Below are positions 11,601 through 25,430 of a stretch of DNA of 64,000 nt, one piece after another. The DNA is from Tubulanus polymorphus (taxonomy: Eukaryota; Animalia; Nemertea). The stretch covers positions 25,144,150 to 25,208,149 of the forward strand of contig NC_134026.1 in assembly GCF_964204645.1 (NCBI RefSeq), in the 5' to 3' direction. A program made the translations under genes and the position numbers. The notes under the pieces are model-generated. The model did no database searches, was not told the DNA's origin, and was given only the letters and a program-made list of their open reading frames with translations. Each line of letters opens with the position of its first letter. Position 1 is the first letter of the stretch.

Positions 11601-14600
11601 AAGAGTAGGCGGATACAAGGTCGTTGAGAGTTAATGAGACTGATTTTAAACAGTAGCTCTATTGTATTTTAATCGGAAGTTGGAAACTGACCTTTTTTAT
11701 CGGACACTTTATATTGTCCAGTTGGGAGTACTAATAATGTTAATGCATGACGATAGCTAACGGCCCATATGTATATGTTGACATTCAAAACTGCTATAAA
11801 AATTACTTGACATTTCTCCTGTGGGATCGATGGTATCACAGTTTGTGTTTTTATGTTCTGCGCTGTGATTTAGGATTGCAACTCCCCGTTTTTAGAAACA
11901 ACGTCATCGCATCAGAAAATAACCTTCCTCTAACTGAAAACTTTTCGCATTTTTATTCCCGTATGTTTCATGTGAGGCTAGGTACAAAGTTCATAGACAA
12001 TTTTTATGCCCAACCAGTAATTCCCAACCACAAACTTGAAGATCTTCAATAAGAACTCTATAAACATTCTCATTGGAGTTGTCAATGAATTTTTACGTTC
12101 CAAATGTTTAGTATAATAGCAATGAAATGTCTAGATCAAATGGTTGATTCCTGGCTTGCTAGGTTCTTGATTCTTTTCCGAAAATCGACTTCAGATTGAA
12201 TTTTGTAAAACCCCTGTTTTCATTATGATACCAATGTGACAAAAATGTGACAAAAAAACACCGTATTTTAGAGAGTAGATACGTATAGAAAATGTCTGTT
12301 ATACTTCAAGTCTGGCGACACATTCTGCTAATTGTCCGCCTGTCATTATCTAACAATCGGCATATTGTGAAATTTCAGTGGTTATATTGATGACGGTAGC
12401 GGCGTTTATTACATTCATCAAGATAGCAATTATTCTTATAATCAAACACATTTCATCTTCCGTCATGAGGATATGAAAAGCGGAGACTGGAAATGTGGTA
12501 AGTTTAACGGGTGTTGATTTCGTGTTAGATACACGTTGAATTATCGTGAGAAATGAACCACAGTTTTCATAGTTCGGCTGCGGCTACAGCTTTGATGATG
12601 CCAACGAAAAGCGAATGATAACGATGCTTTGATGATTGCTTCTGTGGCATGAATATCAAATATTTTTTTAGAGTTTTTATGGATCTGCTGCTAGTATCAA
12701 TATTTGTTTTTTCTTTTTTATCATAATTAAACAATTTTACAAAAGAAAGATTGCAAATTTTACTGGCATCAGTGCAATAACGCCACTGATTAATAGTATT
12801 TTATTTCCTCATCGTGAAATGGTATCGAGATATTTAGGTTGATGAAAGTGTTCTATGAAATCCATTGTTTTTATATCCTGGATAATATCTTCCTGTTAGC
12901 ATTTAAAGCAGGATGAAAATTCGAATTACTCTGCAATATTATCCGACTTTTGTGCAATTTTGTATGAATTATTCACATGATTCTTTAGATAGTCGAATTA
13001 TGCAAATGGAATTCAATGGATAATTTGTAAATCATTCAATTTCAAGCCCAAAATTTGGCGAATTGTGTATGAAATATTTACAAATAACAAGTTTAGTTCC
13101 GGTTTCCATTCAGCTCTTAATCATCCCATATGCTGGAAATACAGTAATTTTTAATACAGATACATTGCCTGATTGAAATTCAGAGCACGGGATAGGTCTT
13201 ACCCACAATCATTTTTAATGTTCGTTCTATGCAATCTTTCAGGTACAGAAGATGCGCATACTTTCATAGACAATATAAATCATCATAAAAGGGTTAGTAT
13301 TAGACATGTGTTTATGTAAAACAATAGGTAATTCACAATGCTACATTAACAGAAGGAGTAAACTAAAAATACTATTATCCATCTACAAAAAGAAGTCTGT
13401 ATTCTGTGCCTTCAATATTAAATCACTACATTATGATCACACTGTAATGTAATATATAATGATCTAGAGTTAATAATCTAGATATGATAATAGAGTTTTT
13501 TTTCTTACTTCTGCAGTTAAAACGCAGTATTCATGGCCCTTACGATGCAAATGCGAAAACACGCTATGTGGAATTATACGTAGTGAATGACAAAAGACAG
13601 GCAAGTTTTGGTAGACAGTGAAAAGTATCATTGATGTACCATATCATTGGTATACCAATGAACGTATAAACTAGGCCTAAACTCTAGTTCATCTGTCCAA
13701 CATGGTATACCATACCCGGTAATTGTATTATTTTAACAACAACTTAATTGTTTTTAATTGTTCACTTGTAAATCATCTCATTGCAGGCCTATAACACGGT
13801 ATATAGGTCTGTAGTCTATTCAGACTGAGGAACATAAGATGTATTTTCCGTTCTAATTTAGTTTGATGCGATGAATAGGGATTTATATGCAACAAGGAGA
13901 AGAGCCCAGGATATAATCAATGTTGTCAATGCTGTAAGTTGAATTTTGAAATAAAAATAGTGGAGTCGTGTAAGATATAAATCACTTGCTGTTATAAATG
14001 CTTATTATTCCAAATGCTTAACCTATTATTATAAATGCTTATTATTAGGATTTTTTTTACTTTTCAGCTCTATCGGCCCTTGAATATGTATATAGCTTTA
14101 GTTGGCGTTGAAACCTGGTCATATTCAGATCGGATTATAGTTTCAACTGTAGCCGAAGACACAATGAATCATTTCCTGGAATATCGAAAACGTCACATCA
14201 ATACAAAACACCGTAATGACAATTCACAGTTATTAACGTAAGGGTTCCGGTGAAATGTCATTTTGAGGCATCACTTTCCACTTCAGATCTTTTGCAAAGT
14301 TTATTCTGAGGATTATTTATTCCACTTGTCAACTCTTTATGTTGTACTTTCAGAGGTTATTCGTTTAAAGATGGTGTTGTTGGAAAAGCAGTGAAAGGCC
14401 CAATTTGTACTTATCAGTATTCAGGAGGTGTTAACGTTGTAATTATATTTTAACGTATTTTCCCTGCCTTTCACTCTTCTAGTATTAATGTTATTAATTC
14501 ATTCAAATCCGATTATGCTCATTTTATCTGTCAGTAGACACCATCCGAAAGTTCTATCTGTCTGAAGAAGTGAATATATTTACTTATTCTAGGACCATCA

Positions 14601-17600
14601 TGGATCTTTAGGCCCTGTCAGTACCACAGTCGCTCACGAGATGGGCCATAATTTTGGTATGGAACATGATACAGGAGCGTGTAAATGTGATGATACACGT
14701 TGTATTATGGCTTCGACTAGCGGGTATGAAAAAACGTCCATCAATGAATATTATTGGATGATTAGAAAACTTGTTGAAATTGATAGTTGCGTCACTCATA
14801 TTCTGAAATTTGTAGCGGAACGAACCCTCGTCACTGGTCATCCTGTTCTAAGCAATACCTCGCCGATGCATTTGAAGTCGGAATGGATTATTGTCTGCGC
14901 AATAAGCCCGAAAAACTTAATGCGCCGCCGTTATGTGGAAATGGATTTGTTGAGGAGGGAGAGCAATGTGATTGTGGAACTGTAGAAGTGAGTATGCTAC
15001 TGTAAGGCATCACAACGCATTCTGAATTGAAAGTCAAGTATTGTATGTGTGTGTTATTTATATTCAGCTCTGTACGAATAACTGCTGTAACGCAACGACA
15101 TGTTTGCTACAACCTCAGGCTCAATGCGCAACAGGTGCTTGCTGCGACAAAAAGACATGCAAGGTAAGTACCGGTGAATTCATTTTCATTCCATTTGACT
15201 AGTATTGTAATTACTTGTACTTATCGTGAAACGAAATTTCCAGTTGATGCCAAGATCAACCGTATGTCGTGAAGTCAATGGCGAATGTGATTTACCAGAA
15301 TATTGCGATGGTAAAGGGGAATATTGTCCTGTTGATGTTTACAAAGCTAATGGTTTGCCCTGCAAGAATGACCTAGCATACTGCTATAATGGCACGTGTC
15401 CAACTCATGATAGTCAGTGTAAGTTGCTGTGGGGAAATACCGGCTCGGTTTCACCTTCGATCTGCTTCTCAAGCCTGAACAAAGAAGGCATTGCTAATGG
15501 CAATTGCGGATTCCATTGGGACAGTGTATCATTTTCAAGATGTGCTACTGAGTAAGTATACAAATATTTTGAACTGAGCACCAGAAGTTTGCACACGTAG
15601 TGATAATGAATTGATAATCTGAATATATTATAGGCTTTTCAAAATATTGTTGTTTTTTAAGGGATGTTATGTGTGGTATGCTTCACTGTGATCATCGTAA
15701 TGAGAAACTGATGTTTTGGAAAAAGACATTTGTGTATTTAATGGGAGATACATTTCTGGGTCGGGGCAGTCGACGCATTGCGTGTAAATATGCGATACTC
15801 GATGTTGGTTTGGATATGCCTGACCCCGGGATGACTCCATCAGGGACGAAGTGCGGTGAAGAGAAGGTAAGCATAGATTAGAATATTAGGGGAATTTTTC
15901 TGATAGTTTGTGACAAAATCTACATTGTCACTCATCTCCTGATATTGTAGTATCTTTAAAGCTCTTAAAATCTATGCTTCCTTTCAGTTGTGTGTCAACC
16001 ATAAATGTCAATCATTTGAAGCGCTGAACTATACAGATTGCCCTTTCAACTGCAGCAATAATGGGGTATGTAGTGTTTAACTAATTTATAGCCAACGGTA
16101 GGCTATTGCATTCACTTTCTGTTATTCTGGATAATTTCATTGCCATGAACATGTTATTTCTGTTCAGGTATGCAATAGTAATCGTCATTGCCACTGTGAT
16201 CCAGGCTATGGTTACCCATACTGTAATGTTGCCGGTGATGGTGGCAGCCAAGACAGCGGACCTGCAGGGCTCGCAGGTAATGTGATGATAATTCTTAATC
16301 TCGATTTAATACCAGTGTCGTAAATTGTTTGTATGATATTCGCATGTTGCGGTTAGGTTAGGTATATATATATATATAAAGTGACAGTAAATCTATTACA
16401 GAAAATGTAACAACAGTTGTACCTAGTACAACTACTCCTGATTTAGATTCAGATGAAGGTAATTGTGGGATGTTATTCACACATGCGCGCACAATATAAC
16501 ATATTCACTATCACATTATTTCCAAGTAATTTTAAACGTGATTTGAATGATATAACATCGAAGCAGTAATAGAATATGCTAATTCATTATCCCTCACAAA
16601 TTGAATGCTTGTTGGGCTTTCATGTTAATACATATTATGATTGATGTACCAGTACATATTGATATAATATGGGTTGCTTCCATCCCTTAATGGCATATAT
16701 ACCTTATTTACACTGAATGTGCCTTCTAACATATCAAAGAAGATAGAGTAGTGTTTCTCTTTGCTAAGAAGTTAAGATATTACATGAACCTAACTCACCG
16801 TATTGGCCAACTCGAATTAATAGATTGACATTTTAGTATTACCTGGTATGATGTACTGTATTTTTCTTTCACTAAAATCTTTCCTTCTTATTGTTTTTAG
16901 GAAGTAAGTCCTTACTTATTGGCATGTTGGTTCTATTTCTCTTGATTCTACCATTGCTCGCTGTGATAAGCTTCTTTGCTTATCGTAATAGAGAAGCATT
17001 GAAACGCTACTGGCAAAACAGATCACAGAAATATTTGTAAGTATCTGAAGGTTGATTTTTGTATAATCCTCACCTGTTTAGAAATTTTGATGCATCCTGC
17101 CTTGTTTCAGATCTACTTCAAACAATAAGCCTTCAGCAAAAGGATCTGTACCGAAGGTCAACTTCAGACCACACCCAAAATCTTCCGGTGGACAGAAACC
17201 TGTACAAAGAACTCAGAGTATGGTTGGAAGAGAAATATCAACTCCAGTACTACAGAGTAGTACTATGGATTATAACAATAAACCTGTAAATTTTAGTCAT
17301 TCAGCACACATTCCAGATATTTCGCGTCCAATGCCAGCTCGTACGGCGCCCCCTCCACCTGGAGGACAAAGAGGACCCAGTCAACAAAGTGGGATAAAGA
17401 ATTCACAGCTTCATAGCGCTAGCTTAAACAGCCGGCCACAAAGACCACCTCCGATCAAGCATCTGCAGGGAGAGGATGCTCCTGCGTATCAAAATATTCC
17501 GAGACCACCACGCAATTTAAAATCGGGGCATATATCTCTAAATCTAGAGAGTTTACCTGAATCTGAACTCAGCCATGACCCTGTAGTTTATCAACCTCCA

Positions 17601-17777
17601 CCACGACCACCGCGAGTGCAATCACTGAACTACAAAAATAACAGTTCACGAGTGAAAGAACTGAGAGAAATGTTTGGTGGGGCAACAGCTGCAAACTATG
17701 AAAATACAGACTTTAATCAAAGACCCAGTATTCCTGCTAAACCCAAAGTACCGGCTAAATATGATTCCACATGTTAA
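8697..17777 (+). CDS. ADAM metalloprotease-disintegrin, meltrin/ADAM12-like, catalytically intact (about 20 exons)
   Basis: Exons 8697-8781, 9039-9148, 9289-9444, 9852-9937, 12379-12497, 13243-13292, 13517-13600, 13862-13933, 14068-14237, 14354-14438, 14593-14723, 14816-14987, 15068-15163, 15244-15551, 15662-15866, 15988-16065, 16168-16276, 16402-16458, 16901-17036, 17111-17777. Domains: signal peptide, prodomain ([14 protein letters not shown]), furin site [16 protein letters not shown] zinc motif with CIM Met-turn, disintegrin ([23 protein letters not shown]), Cys-rich, EGF, TM and Pro-rich tail. The start could be the upstream in-frame ATG at 8643. Confidence 0.93.
13601..13861 (+). other. 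GC-AG intron in the ADAM gene
   Basis: Donor CAG|GCAAGT. Only this junction keeps the frame (VVNDKRQ|FDAMN); nearby GT sites at +4 and +10 shift it. Confidence 0.8.
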
Positions 17778-20159
17778 GGGCTTAAAGTTAGTTTCCAGAT
17801 TTTCACCCCAAATCTGAAGTAAGATTGTGCTTTTTGCTGGATTTGCATGCATTTTTATGTCGATCCTGTTAATGAGGTTGTACTTTGATCGGGATGTATA
17901 TATAAAAAGTTGCATCTTAATAGCCTTGTATGTGACTGGTACAGATCTAGAATAGGGGCCTTAGTTCTCCAGGGGCTGCTACTCAGAATAAGTGCATTTA
18001 TTTCAACAATAATTAAAACCTCTCTTTTTTTTAAGTGCAAAAAGTTGAATCCAATCAATGTATTTATGCCTGCATGAAGACGATTGAGGGTTGTTTTACA
18101 ATGTGATAGAATTATGCCTAATGTGAGTTAGCTGCAATTGTAGCTATGAAATTAAAGTTGATATTATAATGTATCTGTGGATTGGTCTAGTGCTATAGAC
18201 CTTTCGTTAACTGCAATTGTGTATTTCTTCAATAGACATGCTTTATGAAAAATACCTATCCGTTCTTCTCTACTAAAAAGCCCAATTGAGTGCAATACAT
18301 ATTTCTGAGAATGATTGTTGTAGGTAAACAAAATTGAACAATAACATTATTTTAGTTGTTCTGTCGATACATTGCTTAGCTCTTCCATTTTGTTTTACAC
18401 AACGGCAGCCTGCTTCCTTTTAGATATTCTTTTTTATTTCATTTTACCGGTAATATCTGCAAATTTTAATGCATATTCTACTATACATAATGATATCTTT
18501 CTCAATCATGTGCACTTGTGTTCTGGTATTATTGTTTTTAGCCCACTAAGGATTGTCCTTCCAGCGGACTTTTGCATTCACTTTTCGTCTGACTGTCCGT
18601 AGATGGAATCCAGTTATTTTGGGAATTTTTGCAAGGCGTAGACTTCAATCGATTATCTTGATATTCAGTTTATACAGGTACATGCACCCTAGACACATCT
18701 GCAGCCCAAAAACCTGCTAGATCAGAATCAAAATTGATGACTTTCACTGACAGCCATTATTGTCCACAATTGCGTTGCATCACAAGGCCGACCTACGCCC
18801 GGCTTAAGTAAATCATAACATGTTCTATGATTGCGCGAGTTTCAATGACATAAGTTTCTGTATTCCTAGGGGTCATTGAATAGCGGAATATTGTCAGATT
18901 GCTAAGCATTTCACCAAGTGGACATGGTGATCCTGGTCCCTAGTTTATGTACATATTATATTCTGTTTTTAAGAACAATACCTTATAATTTGATCATAAC
19001 GTTCAATTATTAATACCGGTATTTTATAGTACCATCAATAAAATGATTATTTCTCAGATCTCTCTAAGCTCTATAATCCAATTTGAGTACTTGCTCGATA
19101 CATGTACACATGTATTGATAGTTTTTTCTCATAATTTTGTATGAATTACTAGATCATAATAATCTAGAAAAATATAATAAAGAAGGCGCTGATGTAAAAT
19201 CTGAAAGTTGATAATGATATTGGATATAGCAGGGTTTGGATTTGTGCATTATTTTTCTGTTGACTTTTTAATTAGTTATAGTTTGTTCTGAGTATCGAAT
19301 TTAAAGCATAATATTGTAAATTGTTGTGGAAATGTTTTCCTTCTTCAATCTGCTTATAAAAACAGTATAATTTTCTAGGGAATTATTTTTCAACTGCCGC
19401 CTGGAATACTCATGGTATGATTCACATGAATGTGCATTCTTTCCTGTTCACTTATTTTTTGACAATCATTTTCATATTTTTAAAGATTTGCTGAACGAGA
19501 TTCACTATTTGTTGTTTTACGACTTGTTTACAACTTTTGATTTGTTTATTGATTTGTCTTTCTGTCAATTTGAAATTACCGGGTAGGGTAGTTACCCCAA
19601 ACACTTTTTCATTTGAGGCTCATTTCAAAATAACAACTGGTAATTAGACCTACTAGAATGTAGTACCAGCACTCGTTTTTTCGAAAGTATGATTTGTAAA
19701 ATGATTATTTTTTCAACAGAGATTTGAAAAATTTGTGAATAAATATTAGAACAATGGTATGTCTGTGATTGGTCTCATTTTTGGGCATGATTAGTTTAGT
19801 TTTCACTTGTAAACCATTTATTTTATCGCGTATTATGTTAGGATACAATTGATGGAAACATTGTTACACGATTAGGTTATCAACTATAATAATTTTATGT
19901 CTTTCTAAAATGATAGATCATAGTGATGTTTCGAAATTGTATTGTAGTGTGCATATTTTATAAGATAGAAAATATACTCCGATAATTTACAAATAGCTTT
20001 GTGTTACTATTTTATCTATGTTTTTTTCTTAGAAAGCAGAAACCGATAAGTCCTTGTAAATGTGGATATATATTTTGACCATTCCATATGTAAGTCCGAT
20101 TCCGTGTTTTAGTTTCTATTTTTATGCAAACTCTTCAAGGTCGCGGACCCAGAAATAAA

Positions 20160-20212
20160 TTCAAATTTTAGCGGAGAGAATTTCGGAGTTCGATTCAAAT
20201 ATTGTATTCAAA
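20160..20212. promoter_or_regulatory. Cluster of CHR-like (TTCAAA/TTTGAA) elements upstream of Haspin
   Basis: TTCAAA at 20160, 20194 and 20207. The first sits in TTCAAATTTTAGCGG, which resembles an E2F/CDE-CHR composite. Confidence 0.4.
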
Positions 20213-20616
20213 GTACGTATTTATTCATCTAATGCCTGTCACTAAATGAGATTTGATGACTACCCTAACCAAACTGTAATTTGGACTCGGATTTCAATTT
20301 TTCATCGCGGGTTGTGTCGTCTCTAAAAATAAAATGACATGTCTGTCAAAAAGATTTGGTGCCAACCACGGGCTCGTATCAGAGTTGTAGGTAATGTGAA
20401 AACGATAATCTGTTAATCCAATTGTGGTTTGTGAAAATATCCGATCGTGAAACTAAACCACTGTCAGGTTACTGACTAATGCAATGCAAGCCCGGCCTAG
20501 CTGTGGTGCCAACTGCGAGCCCCCCTGCCTCCATCCTGCAGTTGTGACTCTTGCTGTGAGGTTTCATGACAAGAATTTAGGCCTAGAAAGAGGATGGCCA
20601 CCCACTATTCAAACAT

Positions 20617-20681
20617 TTGAAAAATTCATTCTGAAGTAAATCTTTATCTTGAAAAAATTCATTCTTAAGTAAATCTTTATC
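20617..20681. repeat. Tandem duplication of about 32 bp
   Basis: TTGAAAAATTCATTCT(G/T)AAGTAAATCTTTATC occurs twice in tandem. Confidence 0.8.
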
Positions 20682-20908
20682 TAACCTATGCCTAGTACAT
20701 AGCCGTTGTTCCCGGTTGTAGGGAACCAGTAACAACGATCGGTATTCAGACTAGCCTATGCCTAGCAATGTGAGGGGGTTTTACAATACATTGTCAAAAT
20801 GTTTTCAATAACCAGAACTGACGCTTTAATTTAAAGAAAGGGTAAGAGCTACATAAGACTTGTATAGATTAGTTATATTCATTTTGTAGACTATGTAATC
20901 TGTGAATC

Positions 20909-23900
20909 ATGACGTCGAGATCTTTACGCTCAACATATGGCCGTCAACAAACAGCAGTTGGAACAAACCGAAGAATTGATCGAAAATCAGTTTTCACCAA
21001 TTTTTCACTCGGCAGTAATCAGAATGAATCTGTGTCTGATAAAAGGTAAGCTCTAGGACTACAACTGGTACAAGTTGGAATCCATTTCATGTTTGAACCA
21101 CAGTTATGTTGCGAAGTTCAATTTATGTTACAAAATTGTCTACTAGGCCTATATTTATATTGTTTACAGCGACAACAACGAGAATCTAATTCAAAATGAC
21201 AAAGAGAATAAAGGAATCAATGGGACTAAAAAAGGTCGGCCACGACGGAAGAATCGCGTTGTTTCCTATAAAGAGTCAGGTTCAGTAAGTTAGCATTTTC
21301 AAGTAATGAAATAGTGATTCAACCTCATTCCTACAATTGATTTATGGCCTATAGATTGTTTGATATAAAATTTACTACTCCTATTCAAAATTGTAGGATA
21401 GTAGCCATCACTCATTATTCAGTGACACTACAAGGAGAGACCGAAAAACTCGAAAGAATAAGGAAAAACTTCTCGTTCGTTCGCCTAAGAAGCCATTAAA
21501 GCCAAAGAAAGTAAAAGAAAAGAGCCCAGAAAAGGAAATTGTTGATGGCATGAATTTCAGTGAATTTGATGACTATAGTTTAATGGTTGTGGATTCGGTT
21601 GAATATAACAAAAGTCGTGATGCAAAATTAGGAGCTCCTTTTTCAGAGACATCTAAAAAGACATCCCTGCAGCTACAAAGCTCTCTAGAAAAGTTGCGAC
21701 ATCCGGTCATTGAAACAAGTACACCAAACATACATCAAAAAAGGCATGGATCACGTACATCACCAAATATGTCTGGTATTTCAAATAACTTATCAGATCC
21801 GGAGGTTGATGATTTATTGGTGGGTGAATGTATAAATCACTTAAGCGAACTGGATCTTCAAGCAAGTCCATTGCTTACCAGTCCTCTTTGTATGACCGAT
21901 AAACCTAATGCTCTAAATGGCAGAAGGATTCGGTCAAATTCTTTATTGCATAGAACTAACTTAGATTCAATAGCGGAATTTGAACCATCTCGTAGTTTGT
22001 TCAGTGATGCTGGTGATGATGTCGTTATGTGTATAACCTGTCATAGTTCTTCTGTTACTGATAAATATGTGCAATGTGTAGAATGCCGCAGTAAAGTTTC
22101 AGCTATAAATTCTTTGCCAGTAGCGTCAAAAACCTCAGAAAGACAATTTGAGAAATCCCAAGGTGTATCTACCAGCCATTATTGTGATGAGAATTTCATC
22201 CGGATAGCTACCTCTCGTATTTCTGCTGGCAGTTTTGATGATAGTCATTCATACAAATCACATCAATCGCTAAAAGAAATCAGTCTAGTTTCTATACCAA
22301 TAATTGGGAATACCGACAGCGAATTACGTGGTGAAAAAACAGACAATGCTTGTGTTCAGGATGTGTTGAGAGCAGTTATTGAACCTACTGATGGGAAGGC
22401 GGACAATTATGAATGTTTTACTGAAGATGAAGATGTTCAGGCTAGTAACTTGAGCTGTCAATCTGCTACGTGTGATGCAGTTAGTATGCGTGAAATGCCA
22501 AATCTAAGCATGGTTCGGGATATTAATGAATTTGATGGAGATATTAAAGTCTTGCCTAACTTGATTGATGATGAGGATGTAAATCCTCCATCAAGAGCAG
22601 AGAGCTCTGATATTTCGAGTGAAGGGTCTGTTGAAGGTTGTATAGGTAAATGCACTTATAATGAAGAACGTTTGAGTAAGCCATGTTATTCCTCGAAAAA
22701 GGCTGCAGTATTCGATGACTTGGTTGAATATGGTGAAAAACTGTTACATTTTGAAAACAATGAAGATAATTCTAGTGATTACAACACTTCCACTGATATT
22801 GAATGCAATGATGAATTCAATGCGATGCGTAAAAGGATGTCTCGGAAATCTGTTGGTCGTCTTTCAATATCTGTGACACACCTGTCATTGCAAGTAAGGT
22901 TTTATATTGATTCAGTTATGATGCAACACTGGATTCAAATAAAGTCTCATGTATTGGAAACAATTGGAAATTGTAATATTTCATATTTCAGGGTGGATCA
23001 CCCTTAAAGGCAGCTCCTCTAACGACAAGAAATCAAGTATTACAACTCTGTTGCCAGGATGACTTTGTAGCTTTTGAGGAAATTCTACCACCAAGGTAAG
23101 GTTTTTGACTAATTTTATTGTGGATTTGTCATGAGAATTGAATATAAAATCATCAATAATGTATGAATTTTAGCAAAATGAAGACGTGTCTTAAAATTGG
23201 AGAAGGTGTTTATGGAGAGGTGTTTAGGACTCAGAGTGACGGACAAAATATGGCACTAAAGGTCATTATAGCAAACTTTTTAAAATTTACCTCCTTAATT
23301 GATAAATGTTGTAATATGCAGGCTTGGTTTTGATTTTTTTCAAGATTATTCCACTAGAAGGTGAATTGGAAGTTAATGGTGAGAATCAGAAGACCTTCGA
23401 AGAGATATACCCTGAAATATTGATTACGAAGTAAGCCTGTGAACATATTATTAGAGCACTTGATCAGTAGTGAAACCTAGTAATTAGTCAGTAATTAGCT
23501 GAAAGATTGAATGTTACTATCCCTATCTATTGCCCCTTTCCAAGATACTATAAAAATGTATCAAAATTGCTAATATCTTATGTTGACCTCTGACAAAATT
23601 GAATGGTATAGTCATTACAGTTACATAGAATCTACTCTTATTTATCATTTGTATTTACCTTTGTTTTTCTAGAGAACTAGATGGATTAAAGGAAAATCAA
23701 CATAATTCGTGCAATTGCTTTGCCAAGGTCAATGGGTAAGTTATTGACTTCATTTGATGAACAAACTTTGCATTTTTTCAAATCCTACTAATCACATTTT
23801 TCTATTCAGTGTAAGTTGCATACAAGGTATTTATCCCGATGATCTTTTGGAGAGATGGGATTTGTTTAATGAACAAAAGGAATCTGAAAATGATCGACCA

Positions 23901-24886
23901 GACAACTTTCCAATTGATCAACTCTTTATTGCCTTTGAATTTCATGATGCTGGTACCGACCTGGCAAATTTTAAAGTGCGTAATTTTTCATTAGATTGAC
24001 ACTAACAAGCATTTCTTACGGCCCTTCAAATACATGTAGCTTGATTGTATACTTCTTACATTTAGTTTAACAACATCAATGAGGCAAAAAGTGTCATAAA
24101 GCAGGTGATTCTTTCACTGGCAGTAGCTGAGATAGAATTGGAATTTGAACATCGAGATCTTCATTGGGGCAACATACTAATCCAACGTACTAATGATGAA
24201 CAGTGTCATTATTATTTAGAGGGTCAAAAATTAAAATTTGACAACTATGGGGTTAATGTGACGATCATTGACTTCACTTTGTCTCGTTTGAGCAAAGGTA
24301 AATTTCGAGTCCAGTGAGAGTTTAGGTGGCCATTGCTAGATGTAATCATAATAATTCGATAAGTTGATTTTGTGTTTGTTTTGTAGATGGAAATGTTCTT
24401 TTTTGCGATTTGTCCACGGATGAAACATTGTTTACTGGTGAAGGTGATTACCAGTTTGAAGTTTACCGCCTAATGAAGAAAAATAACGGGTAAATGAATA
24501 TTCTCTACTAGAGAATCTCAACATGCAACATGGCATGATTTCAATTTGGCTTAAATTTCAGTGAAATGAGATAGGGGTTGCACGACTGTTGTGCCGGAAT
24601 GACATTTTCCTTTCCATAACTATTTTTTACAACATGTAGTGATGATAAAACTTTTTAGACTGAGTTTATTATCTATAATTTCAGAGACAACTGGGAATCC
24701 TACAAGCCTTATACAAATGTACTGTGGATAAACTACCTTCTTGATAAGCTAATAAACAAAACCAGCTACAAGCAAAAGCCTTCAAGCTTTCATTCAAAAG
24801 TCATGCGAACACTTCGTGGTTTGTTTAGAAATATTCTTGAATATGAAAGTGCAGCTGATCTGTTAAAATCTGACTTCTTTGATTAA
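20909..24886 (+). CDS. HASPIN: Serine/threonine kinase Haspin (histone H3 T3 kinase), 11 coding exons
   Basis: Exons 20909-21045, 21170-21284, 21397-22893, 22992-23095, 23174-23261, 23345-23430, 23673-23735, 23810-23975, 24066-24297, 24387-24489, 24685-24886. Haspin motifs: KIGEGVYGEVF, LKIIPLEG, FEHRDLHWGNILI, IIDFTLSRL, LFTGEGDYQFEVYRLM, WESYKPYTNVLWINYL, plus N-terminal STYGR. Confidence 0.95.
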
Positions 24887-25430
24887 ACTAGTTCCACTGT
24901 TAAATTCAAACCGAACGTCTTCAGCAATGGGGCATTTGGGCTATAAAATGATACCTTGTTTTTCCTAATTGGCTGGGTCATTTTATAATCATAATAAAAT
25001 TTGTAGTCAGTTCATTTCTATGGCTGCCAAGTCTGTTATGGTAAGCTTGATCATGATTTTGAAAAAGTAATGTATAGCGTAGTTAGGGGGCTGGACGGGT
25101 CTACTTTTTAAGCTCAGCAGAAAGGAGATACAAGGTACAGTATATCCATTTTTCTTGCCTCACCTGCGTGCGTGTATTTATGATAAAATTGTACATGTAA
25201 ATGGAATATAACACCTGACACTTGCGTTGCGTTATGAATGGATTTCACACGTGATTCGATCATACCTGTATTTCTGACATTCATTTGTAATTTTGAATGT
25301 GGATGTGGCAGTTGACGTGATCGAATTTCGTTTCGATGTGAAATGGAAGCGTGCCAATCGCCTGTCAGCGCTGCTGCTTTTTGTAAGCTGTCGAATCGGA
25401 CTTGATGACTTCACTCGTCGTGTTGGTGCA

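Noticed and set aside
25293-25430. TTG-initiated N-terminal extension of the GPCR ORF
   Set aside because: A bacterial-style start from the ORF caller. ATG 25431 gives a normal GPCR N-terminus.
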